From contig OZ245003.1 in the NCBI GenBank assembly GCA_965223425.1, positions 1,536,001 through 1,600,000 of the forward strand: 64,000 bases of DNA. Reading direction: 5' to 3'. A program made the translations under genes and the position numbers. Shown in pieces: positions 33,305 through 43,077 of this stretch. Source of the DNA: Nitrosopumilus sp. GTDB lineage: Archaea; Thermoproteota; Nitrososphaeria; Nitrososphaerales; Nitrosopumilaceae. The number at the start of each line of letters is the position of its first letter. Position 1 is the first letter of the stretch. The notes beneath the pieces are model-generated. The model made no database searches, was not told the origin of the DNA, and saw only the letters and a program-made list of their open reading frames with translations.

Positions 33305-33874
33305 TTATAGGTCAAGTCTCTTTGGTTTTATCTTTCTAATCGTCCCAGCTAGGATGCCAATGGTAATTCCCAACTGATAAAGAAAATACAAAAGCACCTC
33401 AAATGTACTAGGGGTAAGATCCGTGAATCTACTCAAACCAGTCAGAAGTAATATGAATGCACTAAAAAAGAAAACAAACACTTTTGCTATTCCATGAATC
33501 TGTGTAAACTTTAAGAGAGCAAAAGTCATCACAGTAACAGAAATTGCAAGTACTGTTAGAAACCCAGTATTTACTCCAAAAATCAAGAAGAGTGTGGATA
33601 CAAATTCACCAGTGCTGCTTACTGACAAATTTGAGAATTCAATTTTCTCTGGAGAGGCAAAACGAGGGACGCTCAAAACCGCGTTTGCCAAAAATATTAC
33701 AAACAAGGAGATCGATACTGTCTTTACATGGTTTTGTAGCCTAGGAAATCTGACAAGAACAGCACGTCCTAGAACTGTGCCTTGAGATATACCAACGCCA
33801 AAAGCACTCAAGACTGCAATTATTGAAAAAATTGGATCTTGAAAGATGTCAACAAGAAATGGGATCAAAGCCAT
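33305..33874 (-). CDS. Multi-pass membrane protein
   Basis: About five hydrophobic segments. Confidence 0.75.
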   Translation of the reverse strand: MALIPFLVDIFQDPIFSIIAVLSAFGVGISQGTVLGRAVLVRFPRLQNHVKTVSISLFVIFLANAVLSVPRFASPEKIEFSNLSVSSTGEFVSTLFLIFGVNTGFLTVLAISVTVMTFALLKFTQIHGIAKVFVFFFSAFILLLTGLSRFTDLTPSTFEVLLYFLYQLGITIGILAGTIRKIKPKRLDL

Positions 33875-34021
33875 AGTTAACTAGTTATTGACAAAAATGA
33901 GGATATTAGCTGGTTGATAATGTATTTTTGTAAAAAAATAAAAAAAATTCATCTAACCACGTAATTGAAAAGGAGAAAATAAGAGTAAATTTAATAATTT
34001 CATCACTGGAATGAACAATCT

Positions 34022-35173
34022 ATGCGAAAAAATCTCTTTGTTTTAGCGTTAATTGTTTTGGTTGGAATTTCAACAAATTACGCCTATTCGCAAGAGCCAG
34101 GCCTTGCCACGTTTCAGGAAATTGCACAAATAGTAGTAGACAAGAGCATATCTCAGGACGTTACTGCATCAATTACATTACAAAGCACTAGCATTCAAGA
34201 AATCAAAATTCCTGTAGAAGTGGAACAGAAGATCAGGGAAAATAAAATAGTAAGAGCTGTAGTTTTGACTAACGAAGGACAATGCGTTCTTGGAGTAATG
34301 GATCAGTCATGTATTATGATAAATTTGGACAGAAATCCTGAGGATAAGGGCATCAGGGCCATTCAAGATTCTACAAAAATGATTGCTGACAAATACATTA
34401 ATGGAATTAATGAAGCATTTGACACAAATGCCAAATTTCATTCTGTCTTTGTTCACACTGATGATAAAACAAACAAGGCACTTGAAACCTCAGGAGTGGT
34501 TTCTGGCAGAGGCATTGTATCGGCCATTTACACAATGCCTATGGAAGATACCGATTCAATGTATCAGAAGGTTTCATCCATGCTTATTCCAAAAGCAATC
34601 AGAGAAGGAGGAGGATTTTATGATGTTGCAAGTAATTTATCAGTCGAGAAAAATGCAAAAATGATATTTTCATTGATTCCGTTAGATACAAAATCGCTAT
34701 TGCAGTTAAAATTATCAGTAGACTATCCAAACAAAGCCGCAACAGTTTCTCAAATTAATCCATTAGAATTTCTCAAAGCTGAAAGCCTTGATAGATCAGA
34801 TTATTTTTCAGAGGGGTTTTATCCGTTAAATTCCATAATTCAAGTAGTTGTTTTATCACCTGAAAACACAAATGTTTCAGATATCAAGGGAGGCATTGTT
34901 CCAACACAAATCATTGACAATGAAAAAATTCCCACAGATCTTACGAAAAATGGATGGATTTTTGATCCTGAAGAAGGGCAAAGAATTCAGGGCAAGTACG
35001 TTTTTGGTGAAAAAACATCCGTAGATCAAGAGGAATTAGAATTTTCATTGGGAGTGGAACCACCTATCATACAACCTAAAACAGAATTTGATGAATCAAT
35101 TCTAATGGTAATTATAATTACAATTGTTGCAATTGCAGCTGCAGTGTTTTACCTGAAAGGATATAAAAAATAA
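34022..35173 (+). CDS. Secreted, C-terminally anchored surface protein
   Basis: Signal peptide, C-terminal TM helix with basic tail. Confidence 0.75.
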   Translation: MRKNLFVLALIVLVGISTNYAYSQEPGLATFQEIAQIVVDKSISQDVTASITLQSTSIQEIKIPVEVEQKIRENKIVRAVVLTNEGQCVLGVMDQSCIMINLDRNPEDKGIRAIQDSTKMIADKYINGINEAFDTNAKFHSVFVHTDDKTNKALETSGVVSGRGIVSAIYTMPMEDTDSMYQKVSSMLIPKAIREGGGFYDVASNLSVEKNAKMIFSLIPLDTKSLLQLKLSVDYPNKAATVSQINPLEFLKAESLDRSDYFSEGFYPLNSIIQVVVLSPENTNVSDIKGGIVPTQIIDNEKIPTDLTKNGWIFDPEEGQRIQGKYVFGEKTSVDQEELEFSLGVEPPIIQPKTEFDESILMVIIITIVAIAAAVFYLKGYKK

Positions 35174-35725
35174 TTAAAATATTAAACCTGCGGCAGCAAA
35201 GACAGTAGTCCATTTACCATCTTTGTGGCCTTTAGCTGATTGGGTAATGTTACGAGTGTTATAGATTTCACCTGAAATTGACCATTGTTGCCGTTTTTCA
35301 TTCCAAGCTTTATCAACATCAAATGGAATTCCTAAGGAGGATGCAAGCATTTGTGCTGCAATATCTTCGGCATAATCACCTGCCTGGATTTCATTTTGAC
35401 CAAAAGACTCGTATTCGGATAAATACCCATATCTTGTTTTGTCTTTTGGTTGTGCAAGACCTACTGATGCAGTACACATTCTATGTGGTTCATTGGTTTG
35501 ATTCTTTGAATAAATTGTAAAAAGAATCTGTCCGGGCTTGATTTGTTTTAGACCTTCTTTTCTTGGTATTAGTTTTGCATTTGGTGGAAATATACTAGAA
35601 ATCAATACAAGATTGGTTCCTGCAATTCCGGCATCTCTCAAGGCATATTCAAAACTAGTCAATCGATCTTCATGAACGCCTTTGCCTTTTGTAAGAAACA
35701 GTTTCTTGGCCACTAAATCCAACAT
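35174..35725 (-). CDS. pdaD: Pyruvoyl-dependent arginine decarboxylase
   Basis: SFEYALRDAGI, NLVLISSI (SS self-cleavage site), GYLSE. Confidence 0.9.
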   Translation of the reverse strand: MLDLVAKKLFLTKGKGVHEDRLTSFEYALRDAGIAGTNLVLISSIFPPNAKLIPRKEGLKQIKPGQILFTIYSKNQTNEPHRMCTASVGLAQPKDKTRYGYLSEYESFGQNEIQAGDYAEDIAAQMLASSLGIPFDVDKAWNEKRQQWSISGEIYNTRNITQSAKGHKDGKWTTVFAAAGLIF

Positions 35726-35777
35726 TTCTGAATTGATGAAAGAAAGTTATTATTTATACTTTAATTGATAGTGTCTT

Positions 35778-36239
35778 TTATAATTGATTTAAAAAAGTGG
35801 CAATCTCCTGACCGTGGTGTTCAACATCAATATCTCGAAAAATCTTTCGGATGATTCCTTTCTTATCAATAATAAATGTGGAACGCTTTGCCAATCCAAC
35901 AAAATTCAACCCAGCATATTTTTTGCAAGTGTCCTTTCTAGTATCACTTAGATGAAGATATGGTATGCTGTATTCCTTGACAAATTTAGCCTGATCTTCA
36001 ACTGTGTCTATAGAAATGGCAAGAATCTCAGTATCAGTTGACGTAATATCAGAATATGATGAAATCACACTTTCAGCCATTTTGAAAACTTTTTTTGAAG
36101 GACAACCAAACAGATGGTTTTTTGGATAAAAACATAGAACTACATTCTTTTTGTCTTTAAAGGAGTCAAGACGTAGAAAACTTCCATCGTGAGACAACAG
36201 TTCAAAACTCGGAGCTGATTGGCCTTCTTGCATGTTCAT
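35778..36239 (-). CDS. Peroxiredoxin, BCP-like
   Basis: FYPKNHLFGC, RSTFIIDKKG. Confidence 0.82.
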   Translation of the reverse strand: MNMQEGQSAPSFELLSHDGSFLRLDSFKDKKNVVLCFYPKNHLFGCPSKKVFKMAESVISSYSDITSTDTEILAISIDTVEDQAKFVKEYSIPYLHLSDTRKDTCKKYAGLNFVGLAKRSTFIIDKKGIIRKIFRDIDVEHHGQEIATFLNQL

Positions 36240-36303
36240 AATTATCTTTTGAATATATAACAACTAAGATTAGCAAAACGAATTTACTAGATTTTGGTAG
36301 AAT

Positions 36304-36543
36304 CTATCTGTCCTTTCTTTTTTTCTTTCTTTTATCAGGTTCTTTTTGGATTTGTGTTAGAAAGATAAATACGAAAAATGCGCCTAGTCCAATGTTTACG
36401 ACTCCCATAAAGGTGATAATTATAGTCATGGAGGGAGGGGCAATAACTAATCCAATTATTAGGCCCATTGTACCGGTTGCAAAAAATAACATCATTAGTA
36501 CTTTGACTCTAGTTGGTTCGATGTATCTCAATAAAAGTACCAA
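36304..36543 (-). CDS. Small two-TM membrane protein
   Basis: Two hydrophobic helices and a basic tail. Confidence 0.65.
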   Translation of the reverse strand: MVLLLRYIEPTRVKVLMMLFFATGTMGLIIGLVIAPPSMTIIITFMGVVNIGLGAFFVFIFLTQIQKEPDKRKKKRKDR

Positions 36544-36986
36544 AAGAGGACATTATTATAAACTGACGGTTAATCAGTTATTTTCACTATATTTATTTAT
36601 TAAAATCACATTTTTAATTTCATGTCAAAAGCATATGAATACAGAGTTGTCTCAAAGATAGATAAAGACAAGATTCCAAGATTATCATCGCGCATTGATG
36701 TCTGTGATTGACAGTTCTATATTATCTGTTTTGAAAACTGTGAGCAGTTATACAAAAAAATTACCTAAACCATCCAAGACGCACCAATGTAGAATTAACA
36801 TCTTCATATTATCTGTATCAAAAAAGAATTTTGTGGGCGGGTAGATAGATTGTATGCCTATCATGTACGAATTAGATATTGATTATGTTTTTTCATATTC
36901 AATTAAGAATTCAACAGCCGCCAATACCAACACCGAAGATTTAGAGAAATTAGCTATGAACGGTCTTGATGAACGAGTGAGAAAAA

Positions 36987-37063
36987 AGTACTGTTAACAA
37001 TAGAGGATCTTTTGCCAGCTGACACGCTCAATAAGCATCTCGGATCCTCAAAAGTTAAGTGCC
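36987..37063. mobile_element. MITE family B copy 1 (IS6-like ends)
   Basis: AGTACTGTTAAC...GTTAAGTGCC; direct near-copy of 37657-37735. Confidence 0.7.
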
Positions 37064-37167
37064 CATAGGGTACTACAAATTTTGGTCTATTCAAGGCATT
37101 GTACATTTACAAAGGATTTGATCTGATTTGCCGACATGTTTTTAATTCTTGAAGAACAATCAAACTC

Positions 37168-37252
37168 GTCAGGGTCGCCAAGTTAGGTATGGCGTGTGTC
37201 TGAAAAACACATATCTCCTTCGGATGCATGGGTTCAAATCCCATCCCTGACG
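37168..37252 (+). tRNA. Atypical tRNA: GAA anticodon, long variable arm, G73 (Ser-like body)
   Basis: Acceptor GTCAGGG/CCCTGAC, D arm GCC/GGC, anticodon stem TGTGT/ACACA with loop CTGAAAA, variable TCC-TTC-GGA hairpin, T arm ATGGG-TTCAAAT-CCCAT; TATA-like TTTAATT about 27 nt upstream. Confidence 0.75.
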
Positions 37253-37292
37253 GGTTTATAGCATCTGTGTGGTATTGAGTCTTTAAAAAGTT

Positions 37293-37479
37293 TCATTGTT
37301 TGGTCTTTGCTAATTCCTTGAGTATGTCTCCATTACATGGTTTGGGACTGCACCAGCATCCCAAAACCCTGTTTTTTAGTTCAGGCAGATCTGCGATCAG
37401 TTCTGGTTGTGTCATGATCCATATGCGATACTGCAATAACCTGTTTGCGTGTGCCGTCTCTTCGGATGACAAATGGATT
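37293..37479 (-). pseudogene. DUF4326 pseudogene (copy of 62397-62654)
   Basis: NPFVIRRDGTR / WIMTQPELIADLPELKNRVLGCWCSPKPCNGDIL, with a 2-nt deletion frameshift and no N-terminus. Confidence 0.8.
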
Positions 37480-37656
37480 GCTGTCAATTCCAAAAGTTTG
37501 CAGTCGTAGACAGTACAATTCGTAGAAGTCTTTGTCATACATCATATTCACATATTTTTTATAGAAATAGACGGTCAATACGACAAAAAGTAATGTGGCC
37601 ATTCCCAAAATAATTATTGCAATTCCACTGTCGGTCATTTTCTTTCTCCCCTGATG

Positions 37657-37735
37657 GGTACTGTTAACAATAGAGGACTTTTGCCAGCTGACACGCTCAA
37701 TGTGGCGTCTCGGATCCTCAAAAGTTAACGGTGCC
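37657..37735. mobile_element. MITE family B copy 2 (IS6-like ends)
   Basis: Imperfect TIR GGTACTGTTAAC / GTTAACGGTGCC, resembling the GGCACTGT ends of IS6/IS26. Confidence 0.7.
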
Positions 37736-37831
37736 TTGATCTGGCGGTTAAATCAAACAGATCAGGCCAGTTAGAATGTGTAAATCAACCTTGGTAACGT
37801 TTTAAACCTGAAAAATTTCATTTTATTTTGT

Positions 37832-37906
37832 GCCAATGTAGCTCAGCCTGGTTAGAGCAGCTGATTTGTAATCAGCAGGTCGTGGGTTCGGATCCCGTCA
37901 TTGGCT
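37832..37906 (+). tRNA. tRNA-Thr(TGT)
   Basis: GCCAATG/CATTGGC acceptor, GCTGA-TTTGTAA-TCAGC anticodon arm, GGTTCG T loop. Confidence 0.93.
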
Positions 37907-37943
37907 TTTAAATTTCTTAAATCAAGTTATCATCATACAATTT

Positions 37944-38063
37944 CAGTTAAGCGAAATGTAAACAGAACATTCCTTTTGTTTTGTTATTAAACACAATTTG
38001 AGTCACATTCCAATTGTTCTATTCCTATTTTTTGTCCGATTTTTAGTACATTTCGCTTAACTG
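37944..38063. mobile_element. 120-bp MITE, family A
   Basis: Perfect 17-bp TIR CAGTTAAGCGAAATGTA / TACATTTCGCTTAACTG; 5-bp TSD AATTT on both sides. Confidence 0.9.
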
Positions 38064-38109
38064 AATTTGGCAATACGATTAAGTATGCAAGAATTTTGAA
38101 CAAATTCAA

Positions 38110-39060
38110 ATGAGTTCAGATGATTTTGAATCGAGTAAAAATAGTGATCAAAGCACTGAGCAAAATAGTGATCAAAGCACTGAGCAAAATAGTGATCAAA
38201 GCACTGAGCAAAATAGTGATCAAAGCACTGAGCAAAATAGTGATCAAAGCACTGAGCAAAATAGTGATCAAAGCACTGAGCAAAATAACAATAAAAAAAT
38301 ATCTGTGAAAAAATCAACATTTAATGGACTAGTCATAGGACTGATTGCAGCAGTTGGAATTACGGCGTTTCTGGCAGGATCATATGCATCAAATCTGAAC
38401 TCAGATCAGATTTCCCAAGAAGACTTGGAAAACGCTATTGCCAAACTAGAACTTAAAATATTGCAAAACCAGTTACCGACAGAGCAACCCAAACCAATAG
38501 TAAAAATTTCAATAGATGATGATCCCATTATTGGAAATCCAGATGCCGCAATCTCAATAATTGAATTTTCAGATTTCCAATGCCCATTTTGTGCACGATT
38601 CCATATTCAAACACTTCCATCGATTCTTGAAGAATACATAGACCAAGGCAAAGTAAAACTAGTTTTCAGGGACTTTCCAATTCAAAGTATTCATCCAAAC
38701 GCATTGCCTGCATCAGTAGCTGCAGAATGTGCAAATGAACAAAACAAATTCAAAGAAATGCACGACATGCTATTTGAGAATCAAAATGAATGGGATAAAC
38801 AAGAAACCGCAGATGCAATATCTTTGTTTAATCAGTACGCTTCTGAAATTCAACTAGATCAAGATGAATTTGTGTCCTGTCTTACTGATGAAAAACAGAT
38901 TGATGAGATCAGAAAAGATCTTGATGATGGAAGAGAGTATGGTGTGTCAGGAACACCGGGATTCTTTGTAGGAAATGACAAGATAGGATATGTCGAGATA
39001 AAAGGAGCCCAGCCATTTGAAAGCTTCAAAAAAATCATCGATGCTCAACTAGACGCATAA
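38110..39060 (+). CDS. Membrane-anchored DsbA-family oxidoreductase
   Basis: EFSDFQCPFC, GVSGTPGF, GAQPF; TM helix. Confidence 0.9.
   Translation: MSSDDFESSKNSDQSTEQNSDQSTEQNSDQSTEQNSDQSTEQNSDQSTEQNSDQSTEQNNNKKISVKKSTFNGLVIGLIAAVGITAFLAGSYASNLNSDQISQEDLENAIAKLELKILQNQLPTEQPKPIVKISIDDDPIIGNPDAAISIIEFSDFQCPFCARFHIQTLPSILEEYIDQGKVKLVFRDFPIQSIHPNALPASVAAECANEQNKFKEMHDMLFENQNEWDKQETADAISLFNQYASEIQLDQDEFVSCLTDEKQIDEIRKDLDDGREYGVSGTPGFFVGNDKIGYVEIKGAQPFESFKKIIDAQLDA
38140..38283 (+). repeat. 24-bp tandem repeat x6 encoding NSDQSTEQ
   Basis: Unit AATAGTGATCAAAGCACTGAGCAA, identical copies. Confidence 0.95.
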
Positions 39061-39162
39061 AAATAACAAGCGTTTATTAGACCTAAACCAAGACGGCAAA
39101 CATCAGAATAATGACGAGCAGGCAATGAGCTTTTTCGTCATTGCTTAAGAGAAGAAAACAAA

Positions 39163-40470
39163 ATGACAAAGTTTGACGAATTAGGATTAAAAGAAGAGAT
39201 ACTAAAAGGAATTCGTGATCTTGGGTATGAAGAGACATTTCCAATACAAGAAGCGGTAATCCCAGTGCTAATTACAGGAAGAGATGTTGTAGGACAAGCT
39301 CATACTGGTTCTGGTAAGACTGCAGCTTTTGCACTATCAATGTTACAAGAAATCCAACCAAAAAATGGAATCCAGGGACTAATCATGGCACCCACAAGAG
39401 AACTTGCAATGCAGATTACCGATGAGATTAAAAAATTTAGCAAATATACCAAAATTAGAGTAGCAACAGTTTATGGAGGACAAGGGATGGGACTACAACT
39501 GGATGCTCTTGAGAGAGGAGTAGAAATTGTTGTAGCAACACCTGGCAGACTAATAGATCATCTCAAAAGAGGGTCAATTGATCTCAGAGATGTCACACAT
39601 ATTGTTCTAGATGAGGCAGACACAATGCTAGATATGGGATTTATTGACGATATTCAGTTCATTTTAGATCTAGCACCAGAAGAAAGAGCAATGTCATTGT
39701 TTTCAGCAACAATGCCAACTGAAATTCTTAGACTCTCTGAAGAATATCTAAAGAATCCAAAGCAATTCCTATTGGATGCAGATGATCTTAGTGGGGAAGG
39801 GATAGACCAATCATATTTAGTAATTAAAGACAGAGACAAATTCAAGTATCTAATTGATTTTATCAAGCCAGTAAAAGGCCAATGCATTGTGTTTTGTTCA
39901 ACAAAATACAGAACCAGAGACGTAGCAAAATTCCTGCATCAGGAGAAATTTGTTGCAGTGGCAATAGAAGGAGACATGTCACAGCACAGAAGAGAGCAAT
40001 CAATGAGCAAGTTCAGGAGCGGGAAAGCTGATGTTCTTGTTGCCACAGATGTAGCATCAAGAGGCATAGATGTTCCAAGAGTGGAATTGGTAATCAACTA
40101 TGACGTACCAAATCAAGAAATGGTGTATTTCCACAGAATAGGAAGAACAGCTAGGGCAGGTGCAAAAGGCAAAGCAGTAACATTTGTTTCATATTCATCT
40201 GTTGGGGATTGGAACATCATCAAACGTCAAATCAAGGTTCCTATCAAAGACCTGAATCAAGAAATGGGAATTGAAATTTCAATTCCAGATCCTCTAAAAA
40301 GACAAGTTCCATCAAGAAGGTATGGGGGTCAATCAAGATCTAATTATTCCAGAGGAGGATATGGAAGAAGTGGCAGAAGCCGGGATTCTAGAGATGACAG
40401 AGGCAAAGGTAGAAGAAGATTCAATGACAGAGGCGGTAGGAGCAGATACGGTGGACACAGCAGATGGTAA
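39163..40470 (+). CDS. DEAD-box RNA helicase
   Basis: GSGKT, PTRELA, DEAD, SAT, HRIGRTAR; RGG-rich tail. Confidence 0.95.
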   Translation: MTKFDELGLKEEILKGIRDLGYEETFPIQEAVIPVLITGRDVVGQAHTGSGKTAAFALSMLQEIQPKNGIQGLIMAPTRELAMQITDEIKKFSKYTKIRVATVYGGQGMGLQLDALERGVEIVVATPGRLIDHLKRGSIDLRDVTHIVLDEADTMLDMGFIDDIQFILDLAPEERAMSLFSATMPTEILRLSEEYLKNPKQFLLDADDLSGEGIDQSYLVIKDRDKFKYLIDFIKPVKGQCIVFCSTKYRTRDVAKFLHQEKFVAVAIEGDMSQHRREQSMSKFRSGKADVLVATDVASRGIDVPRVELVINYDVPNQEMVYFHRIGRTARAGAKGKAVTFVSYSSVGDWNIIKRQIKVPIKDLNQEMGIEISIPDPLKRQVPSRRYGGQSRSNYSRGGYGRSGRSRDSRDDRGKGRRRFNDRGGRSRYGGHSRW

Positions 40471-40522
40471 TTACTGTAAAACTTAAAGGGCTGAACCACG
40501 TAAATTAATACAAGATAAAGTA

Positions 40523-40756
40523 ATGCACAAAGGCTTCATTTTATTAAATTGTGATCTTGGCGCTGAAGAATACATCGTAGATGAGTTAAAACAGTTACAG
40601 GAAATTAGTAACGCATATCTTACTTTTGGAGCATATGATGTAATTGGGGAGATTCAAACAGAAAACCAAGAAGAGTTTGAAAAAACAATTGCAGTAATAA
40701 GAAAACTCTCCAGAGTGGTCAGCACAATGACACTAAATGTGATTAGCCCCGAATAA
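40523..40756 (+). CDS. Lrp/AsnC ligand-binding domain protein
   Basis: FGAYDVI...VSTMTL RAM-domain pattern. Confidence 0.85.
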   Translation: MHKGFILLNCDLGAEEYIVDELKQLQEISNAYLTFGAYDVIGEIQTENQEEFEKTIAVIRKLSRVVSTMTLNVISPE

Positions 40757-40788
40757 TTGTTATAGGAGTTAATTCGGATTATTTCAAA

Positions 40789-41079
40789 TTGCAGAAAATT
40801 GAGTATGAAGGAACAGTCTGGGTACTAAATTACAATAATCCTCAACCATTATTAGATCACGCGCTTCACATGCTAGAAAGACACGGAGTCAAACGTGAAG
40901 ATATGGAAATAACAGAAACACCAACTGCCAAAGTAGGCGCAATAGTAGTTGAGATTTGGCCATACGAGTTGGTAGTGGCCAAAGTCAGAACAACTCGCAA
41001 TGACTCATTTATCAGCGGTACTGAATTTACAATTGAACTAAAATTAGACGAGGATGGAAATTATATAGATTATCTTTGA
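40789..41079 (+). CDS. Hypothetical protein
   Basis: 96-aa ORF in an operon-like run. Confidence 0.7.
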   Translation: MQKIEYEGTVWVLNYNNPQPLLDHALHMLERHGVKREDMEITETPTAKVGAIVVEIWPYELVVAKVRTTRNDSFISGTEFTIELKLDEDGNYIDYL

Positions 41080-41765
41080 AGAAAAAGAAAATTCAAAACA
41101 TCATAATTGTCGGAATTGCCATTAGCATTATTGGCGCAATTGCCTCATACAACTATTCAGTTGAGCAGACCAAACAAAAAGGCCTTCAATTCGGAATGGC
41201 ATTAGAACGAATTGAAAAAGATGTAAGCGATTTACAGACAAAATTTTATTCTGAAAAAAACAGTTGGCAAGAAGGGGACATTTCAAAAGAAAGACTGTTA
41301 GAATTTTATGAAATACATTTGAATGAGTTTAAAGAAATAATTTCCAAGTATGACGAATTAACACCGCCAGAATTATTCAAAAGTTCAGTGGTACTGTTAA
41401 AACTCTCGTCTGAAACTCAACTACAAAGTGACTCTGAATATATTGAATGGATAAAAACAGGAGATGAGTCAGCAAAAATAAGATCAGATACATTAATTCA
41501 AGAAGCTTATGAATATCAGAATTTGGGATTGGCTGAATTTCAATCAGCCAAAGCAGGTGTAAAACATTACGTTGGAGGGGAAAAGTTTGAAGAGCCACAG
41601 AGCATTTCATCACAAAAAGTCATACAAGTATCAGAAAACATGAAAAGCATGTGTGAAAAAGAATTTAGAAATGAGTCAGGAGGGTTTGACTCTGATCAAA
41701 CAGAAATTGATTGGTTTAATTGCGTGAATGAGGCCGAAGGATGGAAAACCGAACACCTGCCATAA
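41076..41765 (+). CDS. N-terminally anchored hypothetical protein
   Basis: TM helix followed by a helical domain. Confidence 0.7.
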   Translation: MKKKKIQNIIIVGIAISIIGAIASYNYSVEQTKQKGLQFGMALERIEKDVSDLQTKFYSEKNSWQEGDISKERLLEFYEIHLNEFKEIISKYDELTPPELFKSSVVLLKLSSETQLQSDSEYIEWIKTGDESAKIRSDTLIQEAYEYQNLGLAEFQSAKAGVKHYVGGEKFEEPQSISSQKVIQVSENMKSMCEKEFRNESGGFDSDQTEIDWFNCVNEAEGWKTEHLP

Positions 41766-41814
41766 CATCAAGTATCAACAAAAACTTCTTTAAAGAACAT
41801 AACTCAAACCAATT

Positions 41815-42573
41815 ATGGAAAAATTTTTTATCATTGCAATGATTCTTGTTGGGTTTATGCCAATAGCATTTGGCGAAGTGTTGATTCAAAATGATCAACA
41901 GTATGTCGGAGACGATGGCACATTTCACGTTGTTGGCGAGATTAAAAATGACTTGGAAGCTCCATTAAGCCAGATTAGCGTTCATGTAACTATGTTTGAC
42001 GAAAATCAAAACCCAATTGTAACAAAAGAAACCAATTCCTTAGTCAACACAGTCATGCCAGGAATGAAGGCCCCATTTGATCTTGTTTTAGCAGATAGTA
42101 AAGCAGGAAACATTGAATCGTATTCGTTGGAATTAGATTACAAAGTTAGCCCTCCAAAAAATCAAGTCATAGATATCATAGAATCAGAGTTGACTAGAGA
42201 CAGTCACAATAATTTGATGATAACTGGAACTGTCACAAATAAAGGGGATATCACAGCTAACACGGTTGCAATAATTGCAACACTATACGACAAAGAAGGC
42301 AATGTTGCTGCAGTGTCTAGAGTTCACCCAGAACCAGACTATCTTAGGGTAGAAGATAATGCATTCTTTTTAGTGACAGTTCCAGATAAAATTCAAACTA
42401 ATGGCATCAATGATTTCACACTGATTGCAGAATCCGAAGAGTATGCAGCTGTTCCAGAATTTCCCATAGGCACGCTTGTTTTGCTGGCAGGTACTTTGTC
42501 TGCATACATTGGAATTACAAAGTGTTCAGGCAGAATCATAACAAACCTGATTTCTGCAACAAATCTAAAGTAG
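41815..42573 (+). CDS. FxLYD-domain surface protein with PEF-CTERM sorting signal
   Basis: Signal peptide, VTMFD/ATLYD repeats, VPEFP followed by a TM helix. Confidence 0.8.
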   Translation: MEKFFIIAMILVGFMPIAFGEVLIQNDQQYVGDDGTFHVVGEIKNDLEAPLSQISVHVTMFDENQNPIVTKETNSLVNTVMPGMKAPFDLVLADSKAGNIESYSLELDYKVSPPKNQVIDIIESELTRDSHNNLMITGTVTNKGDITANTVAIIATLYDKEGNVAAVSRVHPEPDYLRVEDNAFFLVTVPDKIQTNGINDFTLIAESEEYAAVPEFPIGTLVLLAGTLSAYIGITKCSGRIITNLISATNLK

Positions 42574-42997
42574 GAAAGATTTCCTCCATCAACTCTGTTT
42601 TTTCAAGGGGGATGGGTTTTGAAAACTTTACTTGAAAAGTAATTGTCAACATGTCCTGGTCAGTGTGAGAGATTCTAACAGAATGGACATGACGATCAGT
42701 TTGGGATAGGAAATTTTTCCATTTTTCTATATGTCCTGCTACACGAGCCACATTTTTTTCTACTGTAGAGATATCAGTATCCAAATCAGTATCAAATAAC
42801 CCAAATTTGACAAGAGGAACCATGATTACTCCGCCCAAAACTTTATCATGGTTTTGTAGCATTGTAGAAATAATTTTTTCATGATTTTCTTTAGGATAAA
42901 TATCTCCATAATCAGGATCAAAATATCCTGCAATCATTTTTTTAGAGTCATATATACGAAAAAAGTCTTCGTCAGATTCTAATTTCCACAACACCAT
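42536..42997 (-). CDS. Hypothetical protein (last host-like gene before the element)
   Basis: 153-aa ORF with host-like composition. Confidence 0.7.
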   Translation of the reverse strand: MVLWKLESDEDFFRIYDSKKMIAGYFDPDYGDIYPKENHEKIISTMLQNHDKVLGGVIMVPLVKFGLFDTDLDTDISTVEKNVARVAGHIEKWKNFLSQTDRHVHSVRISHTDQDMLTITFQVKFSKPIPLEKTELMEEIFPTLDLLQKSGLL

Positions 42998-43077
42998 GAA
43001 AATAATTTATGAGTAAATAAACGATTAACCATCCGTTTTCACTAACTTTATTTATTAAAATCACAAAAACTAGGCAC

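Noticed and set aside
37168-37252. Reading the atypical tRNA as tRNA-Ser(TGA) or tRNA-Sec
   Set aside because: The paired stem TGTGT/ACACA fixes a 7-nt loop CTGAAAA with U33 followed by GAA; TGA would be off-register and there is no TCA anticodon.
37832-37906. tRNA-Thr as the att site of the 43-kb element
   Set aside because: It is separated from the integrase by about 5 kb of host genes, and I saw no duplicate of its 3' end in the window.
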